From positions 51,084-115,083 of IMG/VR virus record IMGVR_UViG_3300032245_000795: 64,000 nt of DNA; one strand, given 5' to 3'. Position numbers and translations under genes: made by a program. The number at the start of each line of letters is the position of its first letter. The stretch's first letter is position 1. The stretch comes from a virus. The notes below the pieces were generated by a model. The model was given only the letters and a program-made list of their open reading frames with translations, had not been told where the DNA came from and did no database searches. Below, in pieces: positions 9,984 to 20,547 of this stretch.

Positions 9984-12900
9984 TGTTTCAAGACAAAGAT
10001 TTATTAAATCATATAGAAACAAGTTCGTCTATTAGCACAAAATCTTTAGTTGTTCTTGAATGGAATATGAATATTGCTACAAATATATTAGAACTTGGAA
10101 ACTATAGATATCGTCCAAATAATTCCGAGTCTATATACAGAACCATTCCTAATACTTTTGTTAAAGAAACTAAAACATCTTCTCCCGCATTTTATTATGG
10201 AGCAACAGATGCAGATGTTCTTGTTGATGGAGGATTTGAAGACAATGATACTCCAGTATTTTTTTCTTCTAATAAAGATAAATTAAAAATGTTATACTCT
10301 CTTGAAGATTGTTTAAAATCTTTTAGACCAAGATCTGGGATTAATAAAGCAACTTTTCTTAATGGTAAGTTTTTACACAGCCCAAATATAAATATGGCAA
10401 GAAGACCAAGATATTATATGGCAGATAAAAAAGATCCATTTAAATATTGGACATCTTTTAGAACAGAGTCTGGAATAGAGTATGGAGTTTCTAATAAAAC
10501 TATAAATGGAAAGCATGCAATTGAAGACACTGCTCCATTTGTTGTTTATAAGGAAAAGGTTCCAGCAAATAGAATTGTTGTAAAGATGCAAACTAATGTT
10601 GGAGATTTTAACTCTGGTACATATGCAAACAATAGCGAATCTTTTTTAGACCCATATTTTGGAGAATCAAATCAAACTACTCCAGAAAAATGGAAAATAC
10701 AAGTTTTAAAAAATAACAGTTGGTCAGATGCAATATCTTTTTCTGGTCAAGAAAAAAGAAAAAACGGAAGTTCTATCATAGGCTCCGATGGTTATTTTGA
10801 ATTATCTTATGGCTTGGTTGTCCCAAAAATATACTCAGATATTTTTAATGATTGCGGAGAACTTTCTTCATCAAGCCTTATACCAGAGTTTGGAAATAAA
10901 GAAGGTGACGCTTTTTTAATTATTGAAAATTCTGAACAGGTTGGATCATATCATATATGGTATAACCAAGAATGGAAAACATTTACTCCAAATTATTCAT
11001 GGCAATTTAAAGAATCAGATGTTGAAAGTTCAGCGAGTTTTGTTACTGAATTAAGTAATCCAGCATCGTATATGTATAATGGAGCAAAGAAGTATAAAGA
11101 ATTTGAATATATTTCTGGAATAAGAATTGTTATTGATACCATGAAAAAGTTTGACTCTACTTTTGATTTGATAGAATTTTCTCCAAGGCTTGCAGCAGAT
11201 CTTTCTGATATGGTAGAGTCATTCTCTATAAACAAAAGCGCTTCAGATCTTGGAGTTAGTGGAATGCCAGTTGGACAACTTCTTGCATCTACAGGAGAAC
11301 TTTCACTTTTTGATTTTGAAGACTCATTTAATCCTTTAAATAAAAATAGTATTATATCTGGATATGTTTTAAAAAATATTCAGGTAAAGATATACGAAAT
11401 ATTAAAAAATAGTTTAAATGTAAACTACTATGTTCCAATTAAGACAATGTATTCAGATGGATTCCCCAAGGTAGATAGCCAGTCTAAAAAGGTTGGATTA
11501 ACACTAAGAGATCTCTACTTGTATTTTGAGTCACAAACAGCACCAGAAATTTTGATGACTAACGTATCTCTAAGTGTTGCAGTTTCAATACTGCTAGATT
11601 CAATTGGCTTTTCTAATTATATTTTTAAGAGGGTAGAGGGTGAATCTGAAATTGTTATTCCATACTTCTTTATTCCTCCAGACAAGAGCGTTGCCCAGAT
11701 ATTAGAAGATCTAGCCCTATCTACGCAAACTGCAATGTTCTTTGATGAATACAATAACTTTGTTATGATGAGCAAAGATTATATGATGCCTACAAAAACT
11801 CAAAGACCTACAGACCTAACTCTTTATGGATCTTTAGACTCTGAAAATTTTGAGGTAGTTAAAAATAAAAATACAAAAGATAAACTTTCAAATATTATAG
11901 AAGTTAATTCACAAGATAATCAAGTATATAATGATGGGAAAATATCTTATACAACAAGAAGCATGCAAAGAAGCGTAGGAACAATAAGAGAAGCATCACT
12001 TGTTGACAATGAAAAATCTTGGATATATAAGCCAGTTCTTCTTTGGGAGGTTCAAGGTACAGAAAACACAAAGTCAATTAACTCAGAAGTTAATGATATG
12101 TCAAGTTATGCACTTGCAGCAATTCCACTAAACTCTAATTTATCTTCTAACCCTCCAAGCGTATCTGCTGGTAGGGTAATTGACAACATAATAGATCTTG
12201 GAGAGGCAGTCTATTGGGTAACAAGATACAATGGATACTTTTACTCTAATGGAGAAATAATAAAATATGATGCTGTTGAGTATAACGTAGCAGGGTCTAA
12301 CGATGTTTGGATAAACAGCGTTCAAGAATATGACAAGTATTTTTCATCACTACCATTCAATGGAAAAATTTATCCGACTGGAAGAGTAAGAATTTATTCT
12401 GAGCCAAACTATGAAGATATTAATGGTCTTAGCAAATTAAAAAATGGAGCGGTAGCAAAACATGGAAGAGGTCAGTTTGGAACTCCTATTGTTAGTCACT
12501 CAGCAGGAATAGATCCTTATTGGTCAAACAATGATAATCTTCGTGGATGTAATATGCAGTCTAAATATTTATTTAAGAAAGATCAAACCCTGCCTACAAC
12601 ATCTATTGGGCCTGCTGGAACAAAGGTTACAGATATTTTATTATCAAATGTCTTTGCTCAAAATTCATCAAGAAATGGAATTATCAAAAATATGCTTTCA
12701 TCAAAGTATATCTCAGAGTCTGACATTAACAAGATGATGGTTACACAAACTGGAGCGGTTCAGGCTTCTGCCTTGGTTATAAATGGCCCAGGGTTTAAAA
12801 CAACAGAACCAGCAGCAGACTTTATTTCTTATGTATATAAGCCATTGCTAAATAGTTTTAAACATTTTGGAACAAGAGTTAGAATTGTAGGTAAAATTGA

Positions 12901-14284
12901 TAATGATCCTCAGCGTGGCCAAACTGCAGTCGGAGCAACAGATCTTTTTATTGTTCCAGGAACAACTGCAGACAAAGATATAAAGATATCTGGTGGCTCT
13001 GGAGGCCTTGGAGTTATGGTTAATCCAGAAACAAATAATGGCTACTACTTTGAAATTATTGCTTTGGGTGCAACAAGTTTAAATACAAAAGAAAGAGAAA
13101 ATGTTAACAACGTTATTTTTTACAAAATAGAACAAGGAGAGAATCAGAGTGCAGTTCCAATTACACTATATCAGGGACTTGCTAATATACTTGTAGATGA
13201 CGGAAAATTCACTGGCAAGTATAGAATGTCAGCAGAGCAAAACCCAACAGTCTATGACCTTTCTGTAGAGTATCAGGATGTCGGCTCTAAAAGAAAGTTC
13301 TTTTTATATATAAATGGAAATTTAATTGCTACTGTTTTTGATGATAAACCACTTCCAGCATATAATAATCTTGCACTTTTTGTCAGAGGGTCTTCTAGAG
13401 TTATGTTTGAAAATGTTTATGCTTTGGCAAACAACTACTCAGAGAATACATCATTTAAACTAAACACGCCAATATCAAATGCTTTTGGCCAAGGTGAAAT
13501 AAATGCAAACGAATCATTAAGAAAATATGCAATGAGTGGAGCAGTACAATCATCATATCTATCAGGAATAAGTTCTTCAGAACCAACCAAGTTTAGTATG
13601 TACTTTGATGAATTTGGAACAATAATGCGAGAGGCTGCATCATTTGATTTTAAATATGACATTGCTTATCCAGCATTGTATGCAACAATTGCACCAACTT
13701 TTAATAGTATAAAAGGGTATGTTATATCTGGATTTAAAGCAGGATCATACGGGGCAGAATTTTTAGTCTTTAATGCCACAGATAGAATTCTTAACTTAGA
13801 TGAAACTAGCGGAAACTATTTAAGAATACAAGGTGTAACATTTACACAGCAATCATCAAATACATATAGTGTAGATGATTATTTCTTAAAAAATAGCAAT
13901 CTTTCAGATCCACAGTTTGAAGAAACTGGACTGATAACCTCTGTAAATAAAGTTGCAAGAAATTATCAAGACATAAAGACAAGTAGAATGCTTTATGGCA
14001 AACAGGATTTTTCTTTAGATGTTCAATATATTCAGTCACAAGATGATGCAGAAAATTTAATGTCTTGGCTAGTCAATAAAATAACAAAGCCAAGAAAATC
14101 TTTAGGTCTTAAAATATTTGCAAACCCAATGATTCAACTTGGAGACATTGTTTCTATAGACTATGCTGAAAATGGTATTGAAAAGGTTGCATCAAAAGAT
14201 TCCAGATTTGTTGTGTATAATATAGAATACTCTAAAACAGTTAATGGTCCAGAAATGTCAATATTTGTAAGCGAGGTAGTATAG
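9983..14284 (+). CDS. Large tail tip/baseplate hub protein
   Basis: ATG 9983 overlaps the previous TAA. About 1430 aa, beta-rich, with C-terminal NPMIQLGDIV hub-like motif. Confidence 0.65.
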   Translation: MFQDKDLLNHIETSSSISTKSLVVLEWNMNIATNILELGNYRYRPNNSESIYRTIPNTFVKETKTSSPAFYYGATDADVLVDGGFEDNDTPVFFSSNKDKLKMLYSLEDCLKSFRPRSGINKATFLNGKFLHSPNINMARRPRYYMADKKDPFKYWTSFRTESGIEYGVSNKTINGKHAIEDTAPFVVYKEKVPANRIVVKMQTNVGDFNSGTYANNSESFLDPYFGESNQTTPEKWKIQVLKNNSWSDAISFSGQEKRKNGSSIIGSDGYFELSYGLVVPKIYSDIFNDCGELSSSSLIPEFGNKEGDAFLIIENSEQVGSYHIWYNQEWKTFTPNYSWQFKESDVESSASFVTELSNPASYMYNGAKKYKEFEYISGIRIVIDTMKKFDSTFDLIEFSPRLAADLSDMVESFSINKSASDLGVSGMPVGQLLASTGELSLFDFEDSFNPLNKNSIISGYVLKNIQVKIYEILKNSLNVNYYVPIKTMYSDGFPKVDSQSKKVGLTLRDLYLYFESQTAPEILMTNVSLSVAVSILLDSIGFSNYIFKRVEGESEIVIPYFFIPPDKSVAQILEDLALSTQTAMFFDEYNNFVMMSKDYMMPTKTQRPTDLTLYGSLDSENFEVVKNKNTKDKLSNIIEVNSQDNQVYNDGKISYTTRSMQRSVGTIREASLVDNEKSWIYKPVLLWEVQGTENTKSINSEVNDMSSYALAAIPLNSNLSSNPPSVSAGRVIDNIIDLGEAVYWVTRYNGYFYSNGEIIKYDAVEYNVAGSNDVWINSVQEYDKYFSSLPFNGKIYPTGRVRIYSEPNYEDINGLSKLKNGAVAKHGRGQFGTPIVSHSAGIDPYWSNNDNLRGCNMQSKYLFKKDQTLPTTSIGPAGTKVTDILLSNVFAQNSSRNGIIKNMLSSKYISESDINKMMVTQTGAVQASALVINGPGFKTTEPAADFISYVYKPLLNSFKHFGTRVRIVGKIDNDPQRGQTAVGATDLFIVPGTTADKDIKISGGSGGLGVMVNPETNNGYYFEIIALGATSLNTKERENVNNVIFYKIEQGENQSAVPITLYQGLANILVDDGKFTGKYRMSAEQNPTVYDLSVEYQDVGSKRKFFLYINGNLIATVFDDKPLPAYNNLALFVRGSSRVMFENVYALANNYSENTSFKLNTPISNAFGQGEINANESLRKYAMSGAVQSSYLSGISSSEPTKFSMYFDEFGTIMREAASFDFKYDIAYPALYATIAPTFNSIKGYVISGFKAGSYGAEFLVFNATDRILNLDETSGNYLRIQGVTFTQQSSNTYSVDDYFLKNSNLSDPQFEETGLITSVNKVARNYQDIKTSRMLYGKQDFSLDVQYIQSQDDAENLMSWLVNKITKPRKSLGLKIFANPMIQLGDIVSIDYAENGIEKVASKDSRFVVYNIEYSKTVNGPEMSIFVSEVV

Positions 14285-14781
14285 TGGCAGTTGACGCAAC
14301 AGCAAATCAGGCTACAGCAACACAAAAGATTGATCCAAAAGAAGCAATAAAGGTTGCATCACCATCTTTGCTTCAATTAAGCAATCCTCCTTTGTCTAAA
14401 GAGGCTATGGTTGAGATTGGTTTTCAGGACATTGGAGGCCATGAATTAATAAATATATCAAGATCTGATGCAATAAATGGTCAGGACATTATTTATAGCA
14501 TTGTCAAAAACTTAAAAAATGTATTACTTGAATACAACTCTAATAATATTATTAAACTTCAGGGAACATCAGACAATTATTTTAAAAATTTTCCAATAAG
14601 ACTTGAGCAAAAGTTGCCAAAAGATGGCACAGGACCTAATAAAGAGATAGTGTATATTGAAGAATCTACAGGAAACCTTATAATAAACTTAGTAAACCTT
14701 GAAAAAGGAGAGCAAGTAGATATAGAAATAATCAACCAGGGAGAAACTTTTGATGATACAATTAGGGTTAGTGAGGTGTAG
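14284..14781 (+). CDS. Putative tail structural protein
   Basis: Coupled ORF in tail module. Confidence 0.5.
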   Translation: MAVDATANQATATQKIDPKEAIKVASPSLLQLSNPPLSKEAMVEIGFQDIGGHELINISRSDAINGQDIIYSIVKNLKNVLLEYNSNNIIKLQGTSDNYFKNFPIRLEQKLPKDGTGPNKEIVYIEESTGNLIINLVNLEKGEQVDIEIINQGETFDDTIRVSEV

Positions 14782-14783
14782 AT

Positions 14784-15941
14784 ATGATAACAAGTGACGG
14801 ACAAAAAATTTTAGCAAAGTATCTTGTGGGGCAGGCCCCTGCTTATGCTTCATACATTGCTATTGGCTGCGGAGCAAAGCCTGTTGCTTCAGACCATATT
14901 TTTTCTACTGAGGAAAATAACTCTATAAAAAATAAAACAAATTTAGATTTTGAAATGTTTCGTGTACCAATAACATCAAGAGGGTATGTTAATGAGGACA
15001 ATGTTAATAAGATTGTTTTTACAGCAGAACTTCCAACATCAGAAAGATATGAAATAACAGAGGTAGGTCTTTGGTCGGCAGGTTCAAATCCAACAGCAGG
15101 ATCAAATGATAGTCGAACAATTTTTTCATTCAGCGATGCTGAAAATTGGCAATATCATGGAGCGGGTCAACCAGCCTCAATCCCATCCTACGAAGAGGAA
15201 CTACACTCAGGAAATAATGTTATAAATAAAACAGAAATTGCTTTTCAAACAAATGCAGATAATCCAATCTTTACTACTACAAAACGTGAGGCAAGAGGAG
15301 AAAGATGTAGATTTTTAAATAATATGATTGCTATACGTGGAGACATGTCAACGATTAGCGTTGAACAAAATGGAAAACTTCAAATTGACCCAGCGTCTAA
15401 GCATATACATCTAACAGGAGCATCGTTAGATTTTGATAAGGCATCGCCTAAAGATGAGTTAAGACTAGCATTTTCTTTAATAAATAAAGATGGCCAGTCT
15501 GATGTCCAGCCAGATGAAATAAGAATAATGTTAGAGTTTGCTCAAGGAGATCTTCATAACACTGGCCTTGATGCAACTAACACTAGCCAGTATGCAAGAT
15601 TTGAAACAGTTATAAAAGATTCTGATTTAGATGTAGACTTTGCTACAGGAAGATATTTTGTATCTGTTAAAAAGTTTGAAGAGTTAATTAAGAGTGATGG
15701 ATTTACTTGGAATGTTGTTGATGTAGTAAAATTTTATGTATCAGTAATAAAAGATGAAGTAGTCTCTGACGATTATTATGTTTGTCTTGATGCCTTGAGA
15801 TTAGAAAATACAACATCTTCAAACCCTCTTTATGGACTAACTGGGTACTCAGTTATTAAAAACACAAACTCAAAACCAATTCTAAAGGCTCCAAATAGCA
15901 CAAATCACATTGAGTTTAGATTTGGTCTGGATGTTTTGTAA
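14784..15941 (+). CDS. Putative tail/baseplate structural protein
   Basis: N-terminal MITSDG...YIAIGCG...ITEVGLWS pattern resembling tail-fibre attachment domains. Confidence 0.55.
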   Translation: MITSDGQKILAKYLVGQAPAYASYIAIGCGAKPVASDHIFSTEENNSIKNKTNLDFEMFRVPITSRGYVNEDNVNKIVFTAELPTSERYEITEVGLWSAGSNPTAGSNDSRTIFSFSDAENWQYHGAGQPASIPSYEEELHSGNNVINKTEIAFQTNADNPIFTTTKREARGERCRFLNNMIAIRGDMSTISVEQNGKLQIDPASKHIHLTGASLDFDKASPKDELRLAFSLINKDGQSDVQPDEIRIMLEFAQGDLHNTGLDATNTSQYARFETVIKDSDLDVDFATGRYFVSVKKFEELIKSDGFTWNVVDVVKFYVSVIKDEVVSDDYYVCLDALRLENTTSSNPLYGLTGYSVIKNTNSKPILKAPNSTNHIEFRFGLDVL

Positions 15942-16423
15942 TGGCTGACCAAGGAATCAAAAAGGCTATAATTAAAAAAGAAGATTTTCCACCATTGAAC
16001 GGAGAATCACAAAACTATTTAGTTAGATATCGTGTGGTATCAGAAGACAAAAATAGAACATCTCATTGGTCTCAATACTACGAGGTTAATGTTGTTCCTG
16101 AGATAGATAGAGAAAGAATTGTGGATGGAGAAGCATCGCCAGAGCCCTGGATTTCACACTCTTTGGTATTAAGTGAAAATAAACAAATAATTAATGTTGT
16201 TTGGACTCCTCCAATAAACCTAAAGTCTGATTTTGATTTATATGTTAAATGGGGTGCAGATGATTTTAAATATGTTGCGTCTATTCAAACATCGTCATAC
16301 ACTATTCAGACTTTATCAGGATATGCTACAGTTGAGTTTGCTCTTCAAGTTCCAACATTTCCAAAAAAGAGATTTACCAAGGCTACTCTTTTTGAGTCTG
16401 ATCCATTAAGCCTAGTGGTATAA
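15941..16423 (+). CDS. Putative tail protein (FN3-like beta domains)
   Basis: YLVRYRVVS...SHWS pattern; coupled to the previous gene. Confidence 0.45.
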   Translation: MADQGIKKAIIKKEDFPPLNGESQNYLVRYRVVSEDKNRTSHWSQYYEVNVVPEIDRERIVDGEASPEPWISHSLVLSENKQIINVVWTPPINLKSDFDLYVKWGADDFKYVASIQTSSYTIQTLSGYATVEFALQVPTFPKKRFTKATLFESDPLSLVV

Positions 16424-16424
16424 T
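16416..16424 (+). promoter_or_regulatory. Extended -10 promoter TGGTATAAT, leaderless for ATG 16431
   Basis: TATAAT 16419-16424 is 6 nt before the ATG and overlaps the upstream TAA stop. Confidence 0.6.
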
Positions 16425-16430
16425 AGTATT

Positions 16431-16874
16431 ATGGCACAAATTCCTCTACCTGAGCGTGGTCAACCACTAGATGTAGCATATATTTCTAGACTGGCTCAAG
16501 AAATAAATAATTTATCAAGAGATGTTTCAACAGCAAGGTATGATTATGTAACTATTGATACAAAAGATTCTGGTCAGCAAAATAAAAAAATGTCAGAAGT
16601 TAGAGTTTTAGGAGTTATTAAAAAGTTACCAGCAGGTAAAACAGTTACCGCTGCAGAAGAAATTGGTTTTACTCATTCTTTTAATGGTGAGTTTAAGTTT
16701 GCTCCAATTGTAACTGCTACAGCAATAAATGTAGGAGGCGGCACTGCTGGAGGAAATGTTACTCTAATATTAAAAGACCCAACAACTTCTGGAGTTGAAG
16801 GAACTGTAAGATTTAATGAATCTGGAACTGCTACCGTAAATGTTAACCTTATTATTATTGGCGTACCTAACTAA
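16431..16874 (+). CDS. Putative tail-associated protein (H-type lectin-like C-terminus)
   Basis: F..EFKFAPIVTAT...VNLIIIG beta-sandwich pattern. Confidence 0.45.
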   Translation: MAQIPLPERGQPLDVAYISRLAQEINNLSRDVSTARYDYVTIDTKDSGQQNKKMSEVRVLGVIKKLPAGKTVTAAEEIGFTHSFNGEFKFAPIVTATAINVGGGTAGGNVTLILKDPTTSGVEGTVRFNESGTATVNVNLIIIGVPN

Positions 16875-17065
16875 TGCTGAAATGTAAAAAATGTAATGGA
16901 AGAATGTTTCTTGATAGACAATACAGTACCGTTGGTCACCTTGAAACATATTGTATGGCTTGCGGATCAAGAGATTTTTTTAATCCACCAACAAGTTCTG
17001 CGGAGGGTTTATGGCTATTAAAAAAGGAAGTATCGAGAGCGAAGGCTACAATGTCCTACCTGTAA
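16874..17065 (+). CDS. Small zinc-ribbon protein
   Basis: CKKC...CMACG. Confidence 0.6.
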   Translation: MLKCKKCNGRMFLDRQYSTVGHLETYCMACGSRDFFNPPTSSAEGLWLLKKEVSRAKATMSYL

Positions 17066-17553
17066 TACCAGGAAATAAAAAAGTTTGGTTTTTAAATGGA
17101 GACCTTGTAAGAATTCACCATTTAAATAAATCTAATGGGATTATGTCTGTTTATAATATTACAAAAGATCAAATTGAAAGTTGTTTAATTAGTGACTTTA
17201 AAAAGAAACGTGAAAGAGCATACACCGTTAAAGAGACTGCTGATTTAGTTAATCGTCATAAAAAGTATATGCCATCACTAATGAGACGAGGAGTCATTCC
17301 TTTCCCCACGGGATCTCAAAAAGGTGGAGCAAGAGGATTTCAAGTAAGATCATATTACTCAGAATCCCAAGTAAGAGAGATACGTGATATACTTGCTACA
17401 TACCATATTGGTAGACCAAGAAAAGATAATTTAATAACAAACGATATCACCCCAAGCAAACAAGAGTTGACACGAAGAATGGGCGATGGTATACTTACAT
17501 ATACGAGAACTGAAGATGGACGATTCATTCCTATCTGGTCTGAATCTATTTAA
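17011..17553 (+). CDS. Putative DNA-binding protein (MerR/excisionase-like HTH)
   Basis: YTVKETADLVNRH...GVIP...RSYYSESQVREIR. Confidence 0.55.
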   Translation: MAIKKGSIESEGYNVLPVIPGNKKVWFLNGDLVRIHHLNKSNGIMSVYNITKDQIESCLISDFKKKRERAYTVKETADLVNRHKKYMPSLMRRGVIPFPTGSQKGGARGFQVRSYYSESQVREIRDILATYHIGRPRKDNLITNDITPSKQELTRRMGDGILTYTRTEDGRFIPIWSESI

Positions 17554-17566
17554 CGAAGGGTATGAA

Positions 17567-17773
17567 ATGGAAAACGAAGACACAAAGGTATCTGTCACAC
17601 TTGGATACACACTTAACCTTGGCAACTTTCAATCTCTAAGACTTGATCTTGGTGTTGTAGATTCACGCAAAAATGGAGAGAATGTTAATCAAGCATTTGA
17701 GCGTGTGTATAAGTTTGTTGAAGATAAGTTAACTGAAAAGATTAACGAAGCAAAGTCTGAAATTAACGAGTAA
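17567..17773 (+). CDS. Hypothetical phage protein
   Basis: GYTLNLGNFQSLRLD motif; ATG follows GAAGGG. Confidence 0.55.
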   Translation: MENEDTKVSVTLGYTLNLGNFQSLRLDLGVVDSRKNGENVNQAFERVYKFVEDKLTEKINEAKSEINE

Positions 17774-18081
17774 TGGCAGAACGCAAAGACCGTATGGCTT
17801 TGCTTTCAAGATACAGCAAGTATCATACCGCAAGGTACGAGTCAAAGCCATCACTTAATTTAAATGTAGAACAATGGGCTTCAGATGGGCTTGTCGAGTC
17901 ATACGGACTATCTGGCTGTTACGATATACTTGAGTATTACTTTTCGGTTTCAGAAAATCCTTCTTGGAATTACTTTGCATACAATGCAGAAAAGATTTTA
18001 CAGGCACAAAAAGATAAAAAGAAAGATGATGAAGAGAGAGCAGAGCGTAGAAGAATGGCAAAGGAGTGGCTAAGTGAATAA
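17773..18081 (+). CDS. Hypothetical protein upstream of helicase
   Basis: Coupled ORF. Confidence 0.55.
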   Translation: MAERKDRMALLSRYSKYHTARYESKPSLNLNVEQWASDGLVESYGLSGCYDILEYYFSVSENPSWNYFAYNAEKILQAQKDKKKDDEERAERRRMAKEWLSE

Positions 18082-19294
18082 TACAGAGTCTAAACTAATT
18101 ACTGCAGTTCTTCAAGACAAACAGATCCATGTACTTCTACAGGCAAATATTGATAATCTTCTAAGAACTCACGGAGATATCTGGAACTTCATTAGACTAT
18201 ACTTTGAGAACAATAAATCACTTCCTCCTGCAGAATTAGTTACAGAAAAGTTTAGAGACTTCTCACCAATAGCAAATGTTGGAGCAACTAAGCACCACCT
18301 TGAAGAGTTACAGGGTGAATACTTAAACGATAGTTTAAAGGACATATTAAGGTCTGCTGCAACTAATGTTCAAAACAATCAGGGCAATGTTGCATTAAAT
18401 GATCTAATTACACAGACATCAGAGTTAAAGAAAAACACTTCAGCAATCCGTGACATTGATGTAACAGATCTTGAGTCAGCAATTGCTTATTTTGAAAATC
18501 TTAAAGTTCAGCAGGCAGCAGGTCATGTTGGAATAAAAACTAATCTTCCAGGTTTTGATAACTATCTTCCTTCTGGAATTATGCCAGGGCAGTTAGGAGT
18601 CTTCTTGGCATACCCAGGTATAGGAAAGTCATGGATGGCTTTATACTTTGCTGTACAGGCTTGGAAACAGGGTAAGACACCTCTTGTAATCTCACTTGAG
18701 ATGTCAGAGACAGAAGTTCGTAATCGTGTATTTACAATTATGGGTGAAGGACTTTGGTCACACAGAAAGTTAAGTAACGGAGATGTAGAGTTAGATACTC
18801 TTAAGGCTTGGCATGAAAGACACTTAAAGGGCAAGCCAGAGTTTCACATTATTTCTAACGATCAAGGTGGAGAAATTAACCCATCGGTTCTTCGTGGAAA
18901 GATTGATCAATACAAGCCAGACTTTGTAATTGTAGACTACCTTCAGTTGATGGCTCCTAATCAAAAGTCCGATAATGAAACGGTACGAATGAAGAACCTT
19001 TCACGAGAACTTAAACTTATGGCTATTGGTGAAGAAGTACCTATCATTGCTATCTCATCTGCCACCCCAGACGATGTTAACGATCTTAGTGGGGTCCCTA
19101 CCCTTGGGCAGACTGCTTGGTCAAGACAGATTGCCTATGATGCAGACTGGGTTATTGCTCTTGGTAGAGCCTCTAATAGCGACATCATTGAGTGTGCTTT
19201 TAGAAAGAATCGTAACGGATTTATGGGAGACTTCCTGGTACAGGTTGACTTTGACAAGGGATACTACAGGTATAAAGATTATGAAGATAAGTAG
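18074..19294 (+). CDS. dnaB: Replicative DNA helicase, DnaB family
   Basis: Walker A AYPGIGKS, SLEMS, IVDYLQLM, IAYDAD, KNRNG. Confidence 0.93.
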   Translation: MNNTESKLITAVLQDKQIHVLLQANIDNLLRTHGDIWNFIRLYFENNKSLPPAELVTEKFRDFSPIANVGATKHHLEELQGEYLNDSLKDILRSAATNVQNNQGNVALNDLITQTSELKKNTSAIRDIDVTDLESAIAYFENLKVQQAAGHVGIKTNLPGFDNYLPSGIMPGQLGVFLAYPGIGKSWMALYFAVQAWKQGKTPLVISLEMSETEVRNRVFTIMGEGLWSHRKLSNGDVELDTLKAWHERHLKGKPEFHIISNDQGGEINPSVLRGKIDQYKPDFVIVDYLQLMAPNQKSDNETVRMKNLSRELKLMAIGEEVPIIAISSATPDDVNDLSGVPTLGQTAWSRQIAYDADWVIALGRASNSDIIECAFRKNRNGFMGDFLVQVDFDKGYYRYKDYEDK

Positions 19295-19306
19295 TTATAA
19301 TATGAT

Positions 19307-19660
19307 ATGTCGAAAAGTAAGGAAAATATTCCACCTACCTTCTATCATCATAAGCCTATCAAAAAGTTCTACCTTGATGGGGTTATACATGATGAGTCAG
19401 CACTTGGTAGGCTTAAAGCAGAATATGTCAGACTTCTTGAATCAGAGATGCGACTTTCTGGATATGTTCCAAGAATCGATATATTGCCAGACTTTACATT
19501 AGACTATAACCACAATAAAAAATATTTTGAATTTCAATTAACAGTACACGGAACATATACGGGGAGAAAACAAAGCGAATGGATAGCAGGAATAGACGGA
19601 AGCACAGCAATCTATACACAAAAGAGCAAATCAAAAGAGTTCTCACAGGAACAGGTGTAA
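19307..19660 (+). CDS. Hypothetical protein
   Basis: ORF with TATAAT just upstream. Confidence 0.55.
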   Translation: MSKSKENIPPTFYHHKPIKKFYLDGVIHDESALGRLKAEYVRLLESEMRLSGYVPRIDILPDFTLDYNHNKKYFEFQLTVHGTYTGRKQSEWIAGIDGSTAIYTQKSKSKEFSQEQV

Positions 19661-20523
19661 CGATTGAATCTGAGGTTGACTCAGACTATATTATTTTTTG
19701 TCCATATCATAACAACAATAGAACCCCAGCAGGAGAAATAGATAAGAACAATGGAACCTTCTTTTGCTTTGCATGTCATCACGTAACTGGATTTATTGAA
19801 TTTGTTATGCACATGTCAAATAGGACATACTTTGAGGCTGCAAGATTTATAAAAAGCAAAGAGACAGAAACAAGTATTGAAACAGATATTGACAAGGCTT
19901 TATATAAAAAACCAGAGTTCGTAATGTTTGATGAGTTAGTTCTCAAGCGCTTACATAACAATCTTCTATCATCTGACAGAGCAAAAGATTATTTTAGTTA
20001 TAGGAAAATAACAAAAGACTCTACTTCAAAATTTTCTTTAGGCTATTCAGATAAACAAGATATGGTAACAGTTCCAGTTCATAGCCCAGATGGTTTACCA
20101 ATTGGCTTTGTTGGTAGATCAATTGAAGGTAAAGAGTTTAAAAATACTCCAGGACTTCCAAAGTCTAAAACTTTATTCAATTTACACAGGGTAAAAAGTT
20201 CTGGAATAGTATATGTTGTAGAGTCATCATTTGATGCCATTAGACTTGATCAGGTGGGCCTTCCAGCAGTTGCAACATTAGGATCAAATGTTTCTAATAT
20301 ACAAATAGATTTGCTTCAGAAGTACTTCAATGATATAATTGTTATTGCGGATAATGATGAAGCAGGTGGAAACATGAAAACTAAGATAGTTGAAAAACTT
20401 AGTTCTCGTGTATCCGTAATACAACTAAACAAACAATATAAAGATATAGGCGACATGGACGATAAGTCAATTCAAGAACTGGACTTTCAGTTTGACAAAT
20501 CAATACAGTCTATGCTAAACTAA
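19579..20523 (+). CDS. dnaG: DNA primase (CHC2 zinc finger + TOPRIM)
   Basis: CPYH...CFAC zinc finger; VVESSFD and ADNDEAG TOPRIM; KDIGD. Confidence 0.92.
   Translation: MDSRNRRKHSNLYTKEQIKRVLTGTGVTIESEVDSDYIIFCPYHNNNRTPAGEIDKNNGTFFCFACHHVTGFIEFVMHMSNRTYFEAARFIKSKETETSIETDIDKALYKKPEFVMFDELVLKRLHNNLLSSDRAKDYFSYRKITKDSTSKFSLGYSDKQDMVTVPVHSPDGLPIGFVGRSIEGKEFKNTPGLPKSKTLFNLHRVKSSGIVYVVESSFDAIRLDQVGLPAVATLGSNVSNIQIDLLQKYFNDIIVIADNDEAGGNMKTKIVEKLSSRVSVIQLNKQYKDIGDMDDKSIQELDFQFDKSIQSMLN
20492..20521 (+). promoter_or_regulatory. Promoter TTGACA-18-TAAACT inside the primase 3' end
   Basis: Consensus -35 and extended TG -10, upstream of SSB (RBS AAGGAG). Confidence 0.5.
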
Positions 20524-20547
20524 CATAACAACACAAAGGAGAAACAC